NCBI GenBank assembly: GCA_002104905.1
Contig: MCFE01000814.1
Coordinates: 1 to 33,755, forward strand
DNA: 33,755 bases
Source of the DNA: Basidiobolus meristosporus CBS 931.73
Lineage: Eukaryota; Fungi; Basidiobolomycota
Reading direction: 5' to 3'
Positions 20,524 to 32,353 of this stretch are shown piece by piece. The first letter of the stretch is position 1. Every line of letters starts with the position of its first letter. Under the pieces are notes generated by a model, which was given only the letters and a program-made list of their open reading frames with translations, was not told the origin of the DNA and searched no databases. Both the position numbers and the translations under genes were made by a program.

Positions 20524-21028
20524 ACATTATGGAAAGCCCAAGCAGATGCATGGATTCAGGAGTGTAGGTCAGAGCGTCATTTACATTGAATAAGCAGATA
20601 GATGAGCAAATAGGTATTAATTATAGGTAACGATTTTGGTTATTGATGTTCGATATCAATAATTTACGGGCAAGGGGCTTTGATCCAATCAAGTCACCCT
20701 TAGCATAGGGATTTTAAGATGTTGATTATTACAAAGCAAGCTGGAATTCTGCAAAGCGGTAGTGAAGCTTTGAATGGACCAACTGCTGTATCTAACATAT
20801 ACCTTGCTGCCATAGTGAGCCTCGATTCCTTGCTTGTAACTTTTCTTTGTAAAGTAATAACTAGACAGTTAGGCTTCCACCCTGTTTTGTCGTAGGTGAC
20901 TGACCCTACTCTTGTTCCAATAAGTAAATTTCTTTCCACTTCCGACAAAGAAAGTGTTGTTACATCTCCTGTATTATTGTTTCTTTTTTACCCCACTTTG
21001 ACGAACATTCCCACTATTGCATTACCCC

Positions 21029-23658
21029 ATGTCCACTGCTGCTCTAACCAAACCTGACGACGGGTCCACCTTTTACGGTGACTGCCAAAGACTTCTACGC
21101 CGCCTGCGGAAGGTCCCTTCGCTTACCACATTTCTGGATTCGCAGCAAGAAATGTGCACCACCGGCAGTTCCTATTGTCCTTTCCCTTCTGGAACGAATC
21201 CGGTGACCACGTTGTGGAACACCTTTCGCTTGGGCTCAAGCTTGTGCGCACTATTTAACGCCACAGAGCCAGAGACCTTATTAGAAGTAGATGAGGAGGC
21301 CACCTTAGAAAACCTCAAAGCCTGCAAACACGGCGTATATCACTTTTTACTGGCCTGCAAAAACCAACTTGGAATGACGGATGAAAATATGTTTACAATT
21401 ACGGAGCTCTATCAGGACGATACCAACAAGTTTTTGAAGGTAAGATAGAGCAAAGCGCACGTATCTGACCTGGCTCTAACCGATAGGCAGGTTTCTCATA
21501 CTGTGGAATTGCTCCTACAAAGAATGGTGGAGAAGGGTTTATTGGAGGATGATACAGCAGAGGAGGAGGGTGAGATGCCTCCAACGGGTGCCAACGAGTC
21601 ACAGTCAACAGATCCCCTCTCCAGTACCGCGCAAGAGAGGCTTCGTAAACAAACAGTCAAAGAATTGCTTATCACCGAGCGAAAGTACGTCAAAGATTTG
21701 GAGAAGCTTCAGGTACCCAACACTTCGCACTCGGCAAAGAAACCTTATTAATCTTCTCACAGGGGTATATGCATGAACTTCAGGCACAAAAGGTGGTTTC
21801 CAACGACATCCTGCGAAATCTATTTGCCAACCTCAATGGACTTGTTGACTTTCAAAGACGCTTTCTAATCGGAGTGGAGGCGAACGCGGAGCTCCCACCG
21901 ACTGAGCAAAGATTTGGGGCTTTGTTTATTCAAATGGTAACAGCCTTAGTCAACCACATGGATCTCCCAGGTCGCTAAAACCTCAACAGGAAAACAGCTT
22001 TACTGCATATGAGCCCTTCTGTGCCAACTACACCCATGCTTCAGAAATCGCCTTGGCCGAAGCCCCGAACTTGATGGTCAGTATAACCAGAGTGGGCGAT
22101 GTATCGGGACTTTCCCTAAGCCATCAATTTTCTAGAGATTGGCACATATCGTCGAGCCGACATATGGCCTGCCATCACTGCTCATCAAGCCAGTGCAGCG
22201 AGTGTGCAAATATCCGCTCTTGCTTTCGGTAAGTCGGGGATGCTACGGCCCATCACGTGCAATGGAACCATCGTTAAACCAATTTTGGAACCTAGCAATT
22301 GGCGAAGCTGATGTCTCCAGATGAGCCGTACTACCAAGAGCTCCTCGACGGTCTGGTGGCCATCAAGCGAGTGGCTGATCGAGTCAACGAGACACAGCGC
22401 AAGGAGGAAAACTTTATAGAATTGAAGAAGTTGGAGAAGATCATCGAGAACTGGAATGGCCCTTCGCTGTCCTATTTTGGAGAATTGCACATGTTTGACA
22501 AACTCTCTGCCACTGTCAACGATGTGGAGCGTGAGTGCTGGCTCTACCTCTTCGACAAGGCGCTCTTGGTTTGCAAAGAAACGGCAGCCAGCAGGAAAGC
22601 GAATAAGAATGGGAACTCCAAGAAGCCCCTCGCCCTGCACAACAAAGCCACTCTGCTCATTCGAGAGATACGAGCAGTGGTACCAACCGCCCGGAATGGT
22701 ATGTTAAGCCCGTAAGCGCATCCACAAACCATGCACTCAATAACGTATTTCGAGCAGGTACCTACTCGGTCAAAATTGATTGGCTCAACTCCGAAACGAT
22801 CCTAAGCCCGGTAAATGAAGAGCAATTCAAATTATGGACATCCACCATCGAAAAGGTCCGCGATGCGTACAAGGCTTCGAGGTTGAGCAAACAGACAGGC
22901 CCGAGACACCCAGGGCTCACTCGCGCCCACTCGAACCTATCAGAGCTAGAGGGGCACGAGGCCAATTGGAACTCGGATGATGATGCGGTCTCGTTTATCG
23001 ATCAGCAAGACGATCATGATGACGATGAAGTCCCACTTTCGCTTAGACGCTCCTCCTCCAAAGGTATACTGAACAGAAGCCGAAGCCAGTCGAATCCCGC
23101 ACACGTCCACTCCATGGGAGCGGGATATCCGCCCATGTCCATGCCTCCCTTACCCAGGGTGGAGAATTCATATGGAAGCCAGCACCCTGGCCACCTTAGC
23201 GCACCGGCGCCACCCTCGCACTCGTCTTACGAGCAAAGCCAGGCGTTTCTTGGGGAGCAGTTCCGCAAGCTGCAGCTCGAGAATGAACGTCAGGGCCGGA
23301 GAAAACCTATTTGTTAGCGGATCAAGCGTACCGACAGAGACGAAGCGCATCGTCGCCCAATATCCACAACCATTCCACCAACGTCAAGGTGCGTATCAAC
23401 TATCATGAAGACTCCTTCATGCTCGTGGTGCCGTCGGATGTGGCATTCGAGGAACTCCTGAAGAAAGTAGAAAAGAAGATCCATCTGTGCTCAGGAACCA
23501 GAATAGAAGGCAGGCTACGAATCAAGTACAAGGACGAGGAGAACGATCTGATATTGATCAACACTGACGAAGATGTGCAAATGGCGTTTGAAAATCGCAA
23601 TAACATGGAGGCTAGACAAAATGAGCTGGCAATGGTCGTAGATATCTATGTCAGTTGA
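21029..23658 (+). CDS. CDC24: Cdc24/Scd1-type Rho (Cdc42) GEF, spliced
   Basis: CH domain (FRLGSSLCALFN, GVYHFL), DH domain (ELLITERKYVKDLE, LLIKPVQRVCKYPLLL), PH domain, C-terminal PB1 (KVRINY...IKYKDEENDLILI). Frame break or tiny intron near 23290-23317. Confidence 0.93.
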
Positions 23659-24059
23659 TCCAATCACCCGCCATCATCCGCATCATCGCATCATCCGCAT
23701 TGTACATGTCCAGCATATTTATTACTACTGCGCACACCCATCGCTCACCTATAATCGAATAAAATGATGAACTCCAATCACATGATGCCTATGGGTGGAT
23801 TGGTGCAGTCACGTTGTATCAATAACTGGTTTCCATGCAAATGGCGGGTGGTTAGCGTGATCAAACTAAGGAAAAAGTGGTCTTTTTTTGCTTGGAATCA
23901 AATGACTTTTTTTTCTCTAGAAGAATATTGTCTGTGATCTGTTCCCACCTTTATTACCATTGTGACCAGAATTTTCGTTTCGCCGGCGTCCACTATCACC
24001 ATTCCTTGGTACTGTTTACCCCCCCACACTACCTAAATACAACTACTACTCCAGTGCAA

Positions 24060-24952
24060 ATGGGGAAATGGGCAGAAAAGTCGTATGATGACGAGCTACT
24101 TCGCAAGATGAAAAAGCTGTTCAATGAAGTCTCGGAGAAGAGTGAGAAGGACAACGTATGTTGGTTGAGCAGAGTGCTTTGTGTGTTGTGAATGTCTGAA
24201 CTGACCTTGACGTTGTAGGCTGAACCGTCGATAAGTTATCAAAGTTTTGTGGAGTCCTTTGACGAGAATGACCACTTCATTCGCCGCTTGTTTGAGTTTC
24301 TGGTTAAGGTTTGTGCAAGTCCCGAGCAGGCGCTTTTCTACCAGAGGGTGTGGTTAACAATTGTATTCTGCAGGATACTACCCAGCGACATCGCAAAAAG
24401 CGTCTACAACACAATCATTCAGAGACCCATCGCCATCAACACAGTCTAAGTTCCATACTCCAAGTACTACCACCTCCGCGACATGAAGTCGGTGGTCCTC
24501 TATCGAGTTCTCACTCGCCGGCAATTGCCGAGCATTTTGGTAGTAGCTCCCATGCACGGCCCCACCTGGAACGACGGCTCTCGCGAGACAACACGCGACA
24601 TCTCACCGCTTTGCTACAGAGGCAGGCAGCGATGGCTAGACTAAACCACAACCACCCCCCGCGAGCCCATTCCACCAGAAGTCCTGGCGCACCGGTGCCT
24701 TCAGTATTATCAGCACATGGACCACATCCATTTCCTAATTTCTCGGTCCGGCGTAGATCCATCCCCATTGACGTTGAGCATGGGAGAGAGCGAGAACGAG
24801 CCGCGCTGGCCAGACGGATGAGTTTGTTTGCGCATAGACAGCCACCTATACCTACGATAGCAGAGCTTGAGTCCAGCTCGGAAACACCCCCGCTTCACCC
24901 AACCACGAACACGGAATTCCAATTCCCCGGAGCGATTCAGGAGGAGAACTAA
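24060..24952 (+). CDS. Hypothetical protein, two introns inferred
   Basis: MGKWAEKSYDDELL...DN | GTATGT..TAG | AEPSISYQSFVESF...FLVK | GTTTGT..CAG | DTTQRHRKK...; low-complexity S/P/H/R tail. Confidence 0.55.
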
Positions 24953-25004
24953 GGGGTCATGCAAGCCCCTTCTTTGCCCTTCGCCTTTCACCCTTCACGC
25001 CACT

Positions 25005-25028
25005 TTCACCTTCACCTTCACCTTCACC
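25005..25028. repeat. (TTCACC)4 microsatellite
   Basis: Four perfect copies just downstream of the hypothetical gene. Confidence 0.8.
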
Positions 25029-25311
25029 CTCACTTTCCCCCACTGTTTTGGTAGCTTCAATGTACTCTATGATTTGTCAAGCTTAACTTACATTTATTAA
25101 TGCCTACTTTACCCACGATGTGTACCATACTTTAAAAAACCCTTTTGAAATAATCTTGTACTTTCCGTTTCTTAGCTGAGCTAATAAACTCTGCCCAAGT
25201 GTTGAGCCAACAAACCCCATCGATGTTGTATTGATAATATGGACCAAGTGAGCTGACATTTTAATTAGAGGAAAGGTTGCTTGGTTAATTACAAAGAAAT
25301 GGTGGGTGGGC

Positions 25312-26404
25312 TTATTCGGTTTCCATGGGTGCGGTGGTTGCAGCTTCGGTGTCAGTGGATCTGTTCAAAACATCAAAGTACTGCTCCAACTCTGGGCCTT
25401 CGAGGATCTGGAAGGGGGTATCCTTGCCCACATAGGCCAGGGTGCAGTTCTCGATGGTAAGCTCCTTGTCTTGCTGTAGAGTCTCGTTTAATGCGCGGAT
25501 ACCGTGGCGGATCAAGTCGCCCAATGAGCACTCGGGGAAGGCCTCGTACTGTCTCTCCAAATAGGTTTTCGCCGATTGGGATCGGGAGCCGATGGACATG
25601 GCGAAGTACTCGAAGTTTGTGCCGGCTGGGGTGCATTCGAAGAGATGTGGACCAGTTTCCTATATGACATTGCTATGAATAAACGCTACATGAAACCAAT
25701 CAACAAACGAGCAAAGTACGAACATCGTATCCAATCACGAGCAATCCAACACCATAAGGTCTGTTTCCGTAGTTTTGAGTATTGACTTGGGCCTCTGGTA
25801 TTATCAGATACGATTAGCCAGTGTCCATTATATACCACGCAAATCCACTTACTGTCAGCGATGGCTGAAACGATGCGAAGAATAGGAAGGGGGCGGTTGT
25901 AGAGCATCTTTGACTTCATGGCTTCAGCTCTCATGAAGTTACTACAAACGAGGTCAATTTTGTGGACAAGAGAGTGGTGCTTAGATCTGTTGCTGCATAT
26001 GTCATATACCTTAGGACACGGGCATCCGAAGTCAATCCAGCGATAGCAATCCCCATGTGGTCATCGACACGGTACAATTTCTTTTGGTAGGAGGCGAGCT
26101 CACCAGGGGTTCTCTGTTTGGCAACGTTCCATTAATCCGGGTTCGTCCGCATTGTGCTATCACAAGATCGGCGTTGTACTTACTTTCAAACCAACCAACA
26201 CGGCGTGGGTATTTGAGCGCAGACCCACTGCGGCTGAACCTTGCTTGACAGCCTCCAAGGCGTATTCCACTTGATGGATACGTCCTTGTGGACTCCAAGT
26301 AGAAATGTCGTTGTCGTATTGGTTTCTAAACTAAATAAAGTCCAACAAAGAGCGATTACTTTCCAGTTCTTCTACCAAACCGCTAGTGCGCAAGCACATA
26401 CCAT
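25312..26404 (-). CDS. PRE5: 20S proteasome subunit alpha-6 (PSMA1), spliced; first exon is ATG only
   Basis: ATG|GTATGT intron, then [72 protein letters not shown]. Confidence 0.95.
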
Positions 26405-26910
26405 GATGTATTTTACCAAGTCACTCTTTGGCTGGGAGCTTCACACTGGTATGGGATAAATAAGAGACTTTCTACTAGCTAAAGTCTCTATTCTACTCCC
26501 CTAGATGATAGCCTAAGCAGGATCACTTCACCGAATACGTAATCCTCATTCTCGAAAAAATTGAGATGTTGAATTGAAATGCTGCGTAAGTTGAATAAAT
26601 CTCGGTTAATCTAAATCACGTGTGATATGTGTTAGTGATATCTCCTGTCAACAATGGCATGTGTACGCATACATCTGGCTGAACACTCAACGTCTTGGTC
26701 CAACGCTGCACAGGTCTCATATATCGGAAAATTACATGGATGGCAGTAAGCATTGGATGCAGAGTAGGGACTGGATGCACCTCCTTGTGACAACCGCCTA
26801 TATATATATATGGAGGCCTCATAATGCTGGCGGATTTTCTCTATCAAGCCACTCGAATATGCCATATTGATTGATCGCTAATACAACCCTTGCTGCTGGC
26901 TATTGGAAAT

Positions 26911-29900
26911 ATGACATCGTCAAACAAGAAATACAGCAAACCTTCGTTATATCGACAACTTCGCGGTCACAGAGGGTCACAAGGTACGCACATTCTTGCG
27001 CTGTCACTCAGTCAAACGCTGATATTACCATGTAAAGATGGCGAATACACTACACAGTTCAACTTCAATCCATGGGATGACCACAAGAAGCTTCCATCGT
27101 TTGAGGCCGAGAAATTTTACGCGTCACAGTCAGAGGCAGGATCGTTTCGAAGAGGTTCCCAAAATTCGCTCGCATTGTCGCACGGCTACCCAAATCTATC
27201 CAAAGCTCGGAGAGGCTGGGAGCTGATTTCACGGGTCTTCACTCTTCTTATTCCAGATCTTCTGCTCAAATGGTTGGGGAGAAAAGATGCCGGTAGGTTG
27301 TGGTCCACCTGCCATCTCCACAACCAACTAACCCAGATACAGCCTCTAGACAATCTTTACGAGAGAAAATAACTCTGTTCTTGCTCATGCTGGGTGTGTC
27401 CTCATTGTTTGTTGTTTGGGTGGAGATCGTTCCATACTCCTATTGCACTCCCAAGCAGCTGTACTCGCCTGAGGAGTTGAGTGGGTCGAAATATGTCGCC
27501 ATCAATGGGAAGATCGCTGATCTGTCTCACTCCACATCCACGGTAGGGGAGGAGGTTAGGCGATATTTGGGCAAGGATGTATCCCCCATGTTTCCCTCAT
27601 TCACCCTGCTTGCGCGCACCAGAGGAGCCACCGAGTATCCTGATCATGAGATTAATCGCTGCATCCACAACCTAACCAAAGCGGATAATTGGCTGGAGAA
27701 GAGGATATTCAACGATCCTGGTTATCGCGTTTCCAACCAGAAGCTGATCGAGTGCCCTGGTCCAGCAGACAGACCGATGGTTCAGCCCACTCGGGCGTCC
27801 ACCCACTGCTTCTACAACATCTCTGTGCGTTTCGAAGTAGCCAAGGCAACCATTGGAGGTAACGATACATGCTTGGAGTTGCTGTTGATTGCATACAATT
27901 AATGCTGCTGTGTTGTGTTACAGATCTGGTTTTTGATTACTCTATCCTAGGAAGCAGTGATACGCCACAACTGGGCCACATGATAGTGAACGATCACCTC
28001 TATGATGTCTCTGACCTGATCAAGTACTCCGAAGCTGACCCGGATGCCCGATTGTTTCCGCGCGACGTCACCGACCTGATCGTCCAACATGTAGGCCAGG
28101 ATGCGACCGAGCCGTTTAGCAAACTGGAGCACAGCGACATCTACTTGCGCTGTATGGACAAGCTTTTCTACAAAGGCACGGTGAAGGAGGTCGTCTATCC
28201 AAGATGCAACTCCTTCAACCCCATTCTTTGGCTCACTCTTGGCCTTCCCTTCATGATTCTTACCACCTACACTGTAGTGGCATTGCTAGAGTTCCCACAC
28301 AAAGGGAAGTTGATGCCATCGTCCAACTGTATCGTGATGGTGCCTTGTTACGGAGAGGACCAGCTGACCTTGAAACTGAATTTTGACAGTGTGGCCAGAA
28401 CAAACTTGGATGATAGCAATAAGCTGTTGATGGTTATCTGCGACGGGGTCTTCACTCCACCTGGATCCACCGTATACACACATCAGCTTGTGTTAGATGT
28501 GCTGGGCTTTAGTGGCCCTGAACCCGAGCTAAAGGCCTACATCTCTCTGGGCGAGGGGAACAAGAATGTCAACCTGGCCAAGGTCTACTCAGGTTTCTAT
28601 TCATGCGGAACACATCGAATTGCTTATGTGGTGGTGGTCAAGTGTGGGAATCCCATGGAGATTCGCTATGCAGGCAACCGTGGTAAGCGGGACTCAGTAC
28701 TGATCATGTGGAACCTACTGGAGGGCCTTTTGGATCCTCACAACAAGCTAACACCGCTAGAATACGAGCTATATCACCACATCAATAACGTGATCGGGAT
28801 GGATCCGCGCTCATTCCAGTATGCATTGGTACTGGACGCTGATACGTATGTCACCCCAGGAGCTCTCTCTAAATTAATCGATCGAATGGACCAGAACCAG
28901 CAACTGATGGCTCTCTCAGGCCATGTGAAGCCAGCCAATCCATCGGACTCGTTCATTACGATGCTTCAAGTCTACCCTTTCTTTATGACACATCACTTCA
29001 AACCGGCCTTCGAATCGATGGTCGGTGGGGTGAACTTTCTACATGGCCCATGCACCATGTACCGGATCAAATTCGCCGACAACAAGCCTTGTGTGGTGGA
29101 TACCTCGGCCATCGTTGGATTCAGTACACCCAGACCGAACACAATGCATCTGCAAAACACACTGCTTCTGGGCGAGGATTCGTTCTTTTCCATCATCCTG
29201 CTCAAGACTTTTCCCCAGTTGCGGCTAGGCTTCGAGAGTTCCGCAATCTTCTACACCAAACTCACCCCAATATTCTCTGTCTTCCTTGGGCAACAAGGCA
29301 GGGCCACCAGCGCGGCATTTCACAGCCACTTCGAGCTGGCCAGGGTGCATCGAGGGCTGATCCATCAGGTTGTCACAGGAGTGAAGTTGCTGAGTCACAT
29401 GGTTATGCCGGTGTTTCTGCTCTATTTATACTATGTGGTGATCCGAAGTGTTGCCACAGACGAGCTATCGTACTTGGTGGTGGGAGCCACGCTGCTTTGC
29501 ATGCTGGGCTTCAATGTTATGATTCTGGCCGTGCGGGGGATGTTTTCATCGGTCTTCTGGCTGGTCTTTGCGCTCCTCTTCTCCCTTCCCTTCTACTGCT
29601 TTATCATCCCGCTGTATTCGCTGTGGCACCGTGACGACCGTAGGTGGGTGGACACCATCCCAACCGGGGCCAAATCGATCCGTCGTAAACACGGGATCTT
29701 GGATGACACCAGCAGCCAGTACAAAGTCAGCATGCAGATCTCATTGTTGACCATCGCCGAATATGATGAGCTGGAGAATGCGGAGGATGGACTCGGAGAT
29801 GGAACACAACAACTAATTTCGGTGGAGGATGCCAGTTCCACGGATACCATTCCGGGGATCCAGGTGGTGGAGTCGGATCTGACAACGCAAGTGGATCAGA

Positions 29901-30479
29901 AAGCAGAGGAGATTTTGATCAGCCTGCCCTTTGAATATCAATCCTCCCGGAGCACCATCTCGAAAACCCATCATCTCAGCGGCGCATCGCACAAAAGTTT
30001 GGACAACGACGAGCCACTCTCAATAAGCTGTTCTCCGAAATCCGCCAGCCGCCTCTCGCAAGTCACCTACAGCTCCATGCAGCAATCCGAGTACAGCAGT
30101 GACTACACCCGATCCTCTAGAACACTATCCTTTTACTCACGCCATCTAGACGCCGTTACCAACGAGACAGAATCCCAACCCAGGTCCAGACCGGAAAGCG
30201 ACCGGAGTTCCAACCGAGACCATTCCCATCTGCTGAACGGGCCCACCAACTGGCTCCAAGACAGCGCTGGTGCAGCGGCTGTTGCGGGAAGAGGTGTACT
30301 TCTTCCTCAAGGACTCCAATCTCAATTCGATCACTCGAAGAGACGTCAAAGAGCACCTGTTCGAGCATTTCGGGGACGCGGTTACCCTTCACAATGATTA
30401 TATTCACGATTGTATCGAGGAATTCACCCTGGAGAAGTTGGCCCTTTTGCCAACCAACAGCACGCCGCAGTCTCCATAG
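26911..30479 (+). CDS. Chitin-synthase family protein (class IV/V/VII-like: cytochrome-b5-like domains, GT2 core, DEK_C; no myosin motor), catalytic motifs altered
   Basis: REKITL, b5-like VAINGKIADLS and NDHLYDVS, VICDG, NRGKRDS, LDADT, LGED, IPLYSLWH.DD. DEK_C-like segment at 30270-30479 is in another frame. Start codon uncertain. Confidence 0.88.
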
Positions 30480-30661
30480 AGGATTTTGTTAAACTCCTGA
30501 CTATTTTATGTAAATAAACCCATCAATCCTACATCAAACCAAACGAAAGGAGTAAACATGAATCTGGTTATTCGGGAATGCTACACGATCACGAGAATGC
30601 TACACGAATACGAATAAGCGATGCTGTGCAACCTTCGAGAAAGTTACCGAGATTTGGCTCC

Positions 30662-30740
30662 CCTGATTCTATCCAGAGAAATCCCTTAATTTAACGAAAA
30701 CCTGATTCTATCCAGAAAAAGCCCTTAATTAAATGGAAAA
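30662..30740 (+). repeat. Imperfect ~39-bp tandem duplication upstream of the aminopeptidase
   Basis: CCTGATTCTATCCAGA.AAA.CCCTTAATT.AA..GAAAA occurs twice (30662-30700, 30701-30740). Confidence 0.85.
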
Positions 30741-30776
30741 ACATCCACCTTGCCAATCATTCCTCCTCTTTTTACA

Positions 30777-32163
30777 ATGTCGAAGAGTTCTCTCGCCTAT
30801 GCCCAAGACTTTCTGGACTTTGTGAACAACAGTCCAAGTCCTTTCCATGCGGTCGAGGAGAGCAAGAAGAAGCTAGAAGGAGCGGGCTTCGTGGAGATCA
30901 AGGAAAAAGAAAGCTGGGCTGGACTGATCAAACAAAACGGAAAATACTTTTTCACCCGTAACAAGTCCTCCATCATCGCTTTCGCCGTGGGTGGCAAGTT
31001 TGTGCAAGGCAACGGGGTCTCCATTGTGGGACGCGCACACTGACAGTCCCTGCCTGAAGATGAAGCCCATTTCGAAGAAGGAGAAGGAGGGTTACCTTCA
31101 GGTGGGCGTTCAAACTTACGGTGGTGGCTTATGGCACACCTGGTTTGACAGAGATCTGAGTGTTGCTGGAAGAGTGATGGTGGCGAATGAAGACGGCAGC
31201 TACCAAAGCAGACTGGTACGAATTGCAAGACCCATTCTTCGCGTACCTAACCTAGCCATTCACTTGGACCGTGGCTCAGGTGAGAACTTCACCCTGAACA
31301 AGGAGACCCATCTCACCCCCGTCCTTGCCACCGCAGCCAAGGCCTTGAACTCCAAAGCCGTAGAAAGCCAAGGATCGGACGAGATGTCCAAGCATCATTC
31401 GGTCTTGATCGAGTTGTTGGCCAAGGAACTGGGGGTCTCCGGAGAGAAGATTCAGGACTTTGAATTATGCCTCTACGATACCCAGCCATCCGCCATTGGT
31501 GGTGCCATGGACGAATTCATCTTTTCGCCACGCCTTGACAACTTGTTGATGTCACACTGCTCCATCGATGCCCTGATCAATTCTCTAGAGTCTTTGAGCG
31601 AGGATGCCAACATTCGTATGGTGACACTCTTCGATCATGAGGAGATCGGATCCCAATCGGCCTACGGAGCGAACTCGCATCTGCTAGAGGCCACTCTGCG
31701 CAGACTACAGTCCGGAGAGAACACCACCGGATTCGAGGAATCGATCCACAAAAGCTTCATGATCAGTGCGGACATGGCCCATGCCGTCCATCCCAACTAT
31801 CCCGAGAAACATGAGGAGAACCACCGCCCCGCGATGCACAAGGGACTTGTCATCAAGGTGAACGCTAACCAGAGATACGCAACCACATCGGCCACTTCGC
31901 TGGCTATCAAGGCTTTGGCCAAATCCCACCACATCCCACTTCAGGAATTCGTGGTCCGAAATGACATGGGATGCGGCTCCACCATTGGCCCTATCTTGAG
32001 TGCCAAGTTGGGCATGCGTACGATTGATGTCGGGGCGCCGCAATTGAGCATGCACAGTATTCGTGAGATGTGCGGTACTGAGGATGTCAAGCAGTCCATC
32101 CAATTGTTCACTGCCTTCTTCGAAGAGTACCAGCAACTGGATTCCAAGATCATGGTCGATTAA
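30777..32163 (+). CDS. APE4: Aspartyl aminopeptidase (M18, DNPEP) with a +1 frame break at ~31032
   Basis: [12 protein letters not shown], (G)[48 protein letters not shown]. Confidence 0.93.
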
Positions 32164-32353
32164 GTGCGGTGAAGCACGATTCGCCCATCAATAAAAATCT
32201 AGATTTTCCTTTGCTTTTCCTTTGCTGCAACTAAACGATGAATTATTCATGATTGTGCGAAAAAAGAAAAAAAACCAACCCCAACCCTAACCCTAATGAG
32301 ATTTTGACTACCCGTGTATTCTGCTGGGTTGCCTTGTGTGTATCAGAAGCGAC

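Noticed and set aside
30509-30516. TGTAAATA Pumilio element 30 nt after the CHS-family stop, near a PUF gene with the Pumilio code
   Set aside because: A single 8-mer in AT-rich DNA cannot be told from chance without conservation or CLIP data.
31041-31043. TGA in the aminopeptidase as selenocysteine or readthrough
   Set aside because: The downstream homology is in another frame, so readthrough cannot restore the protein.
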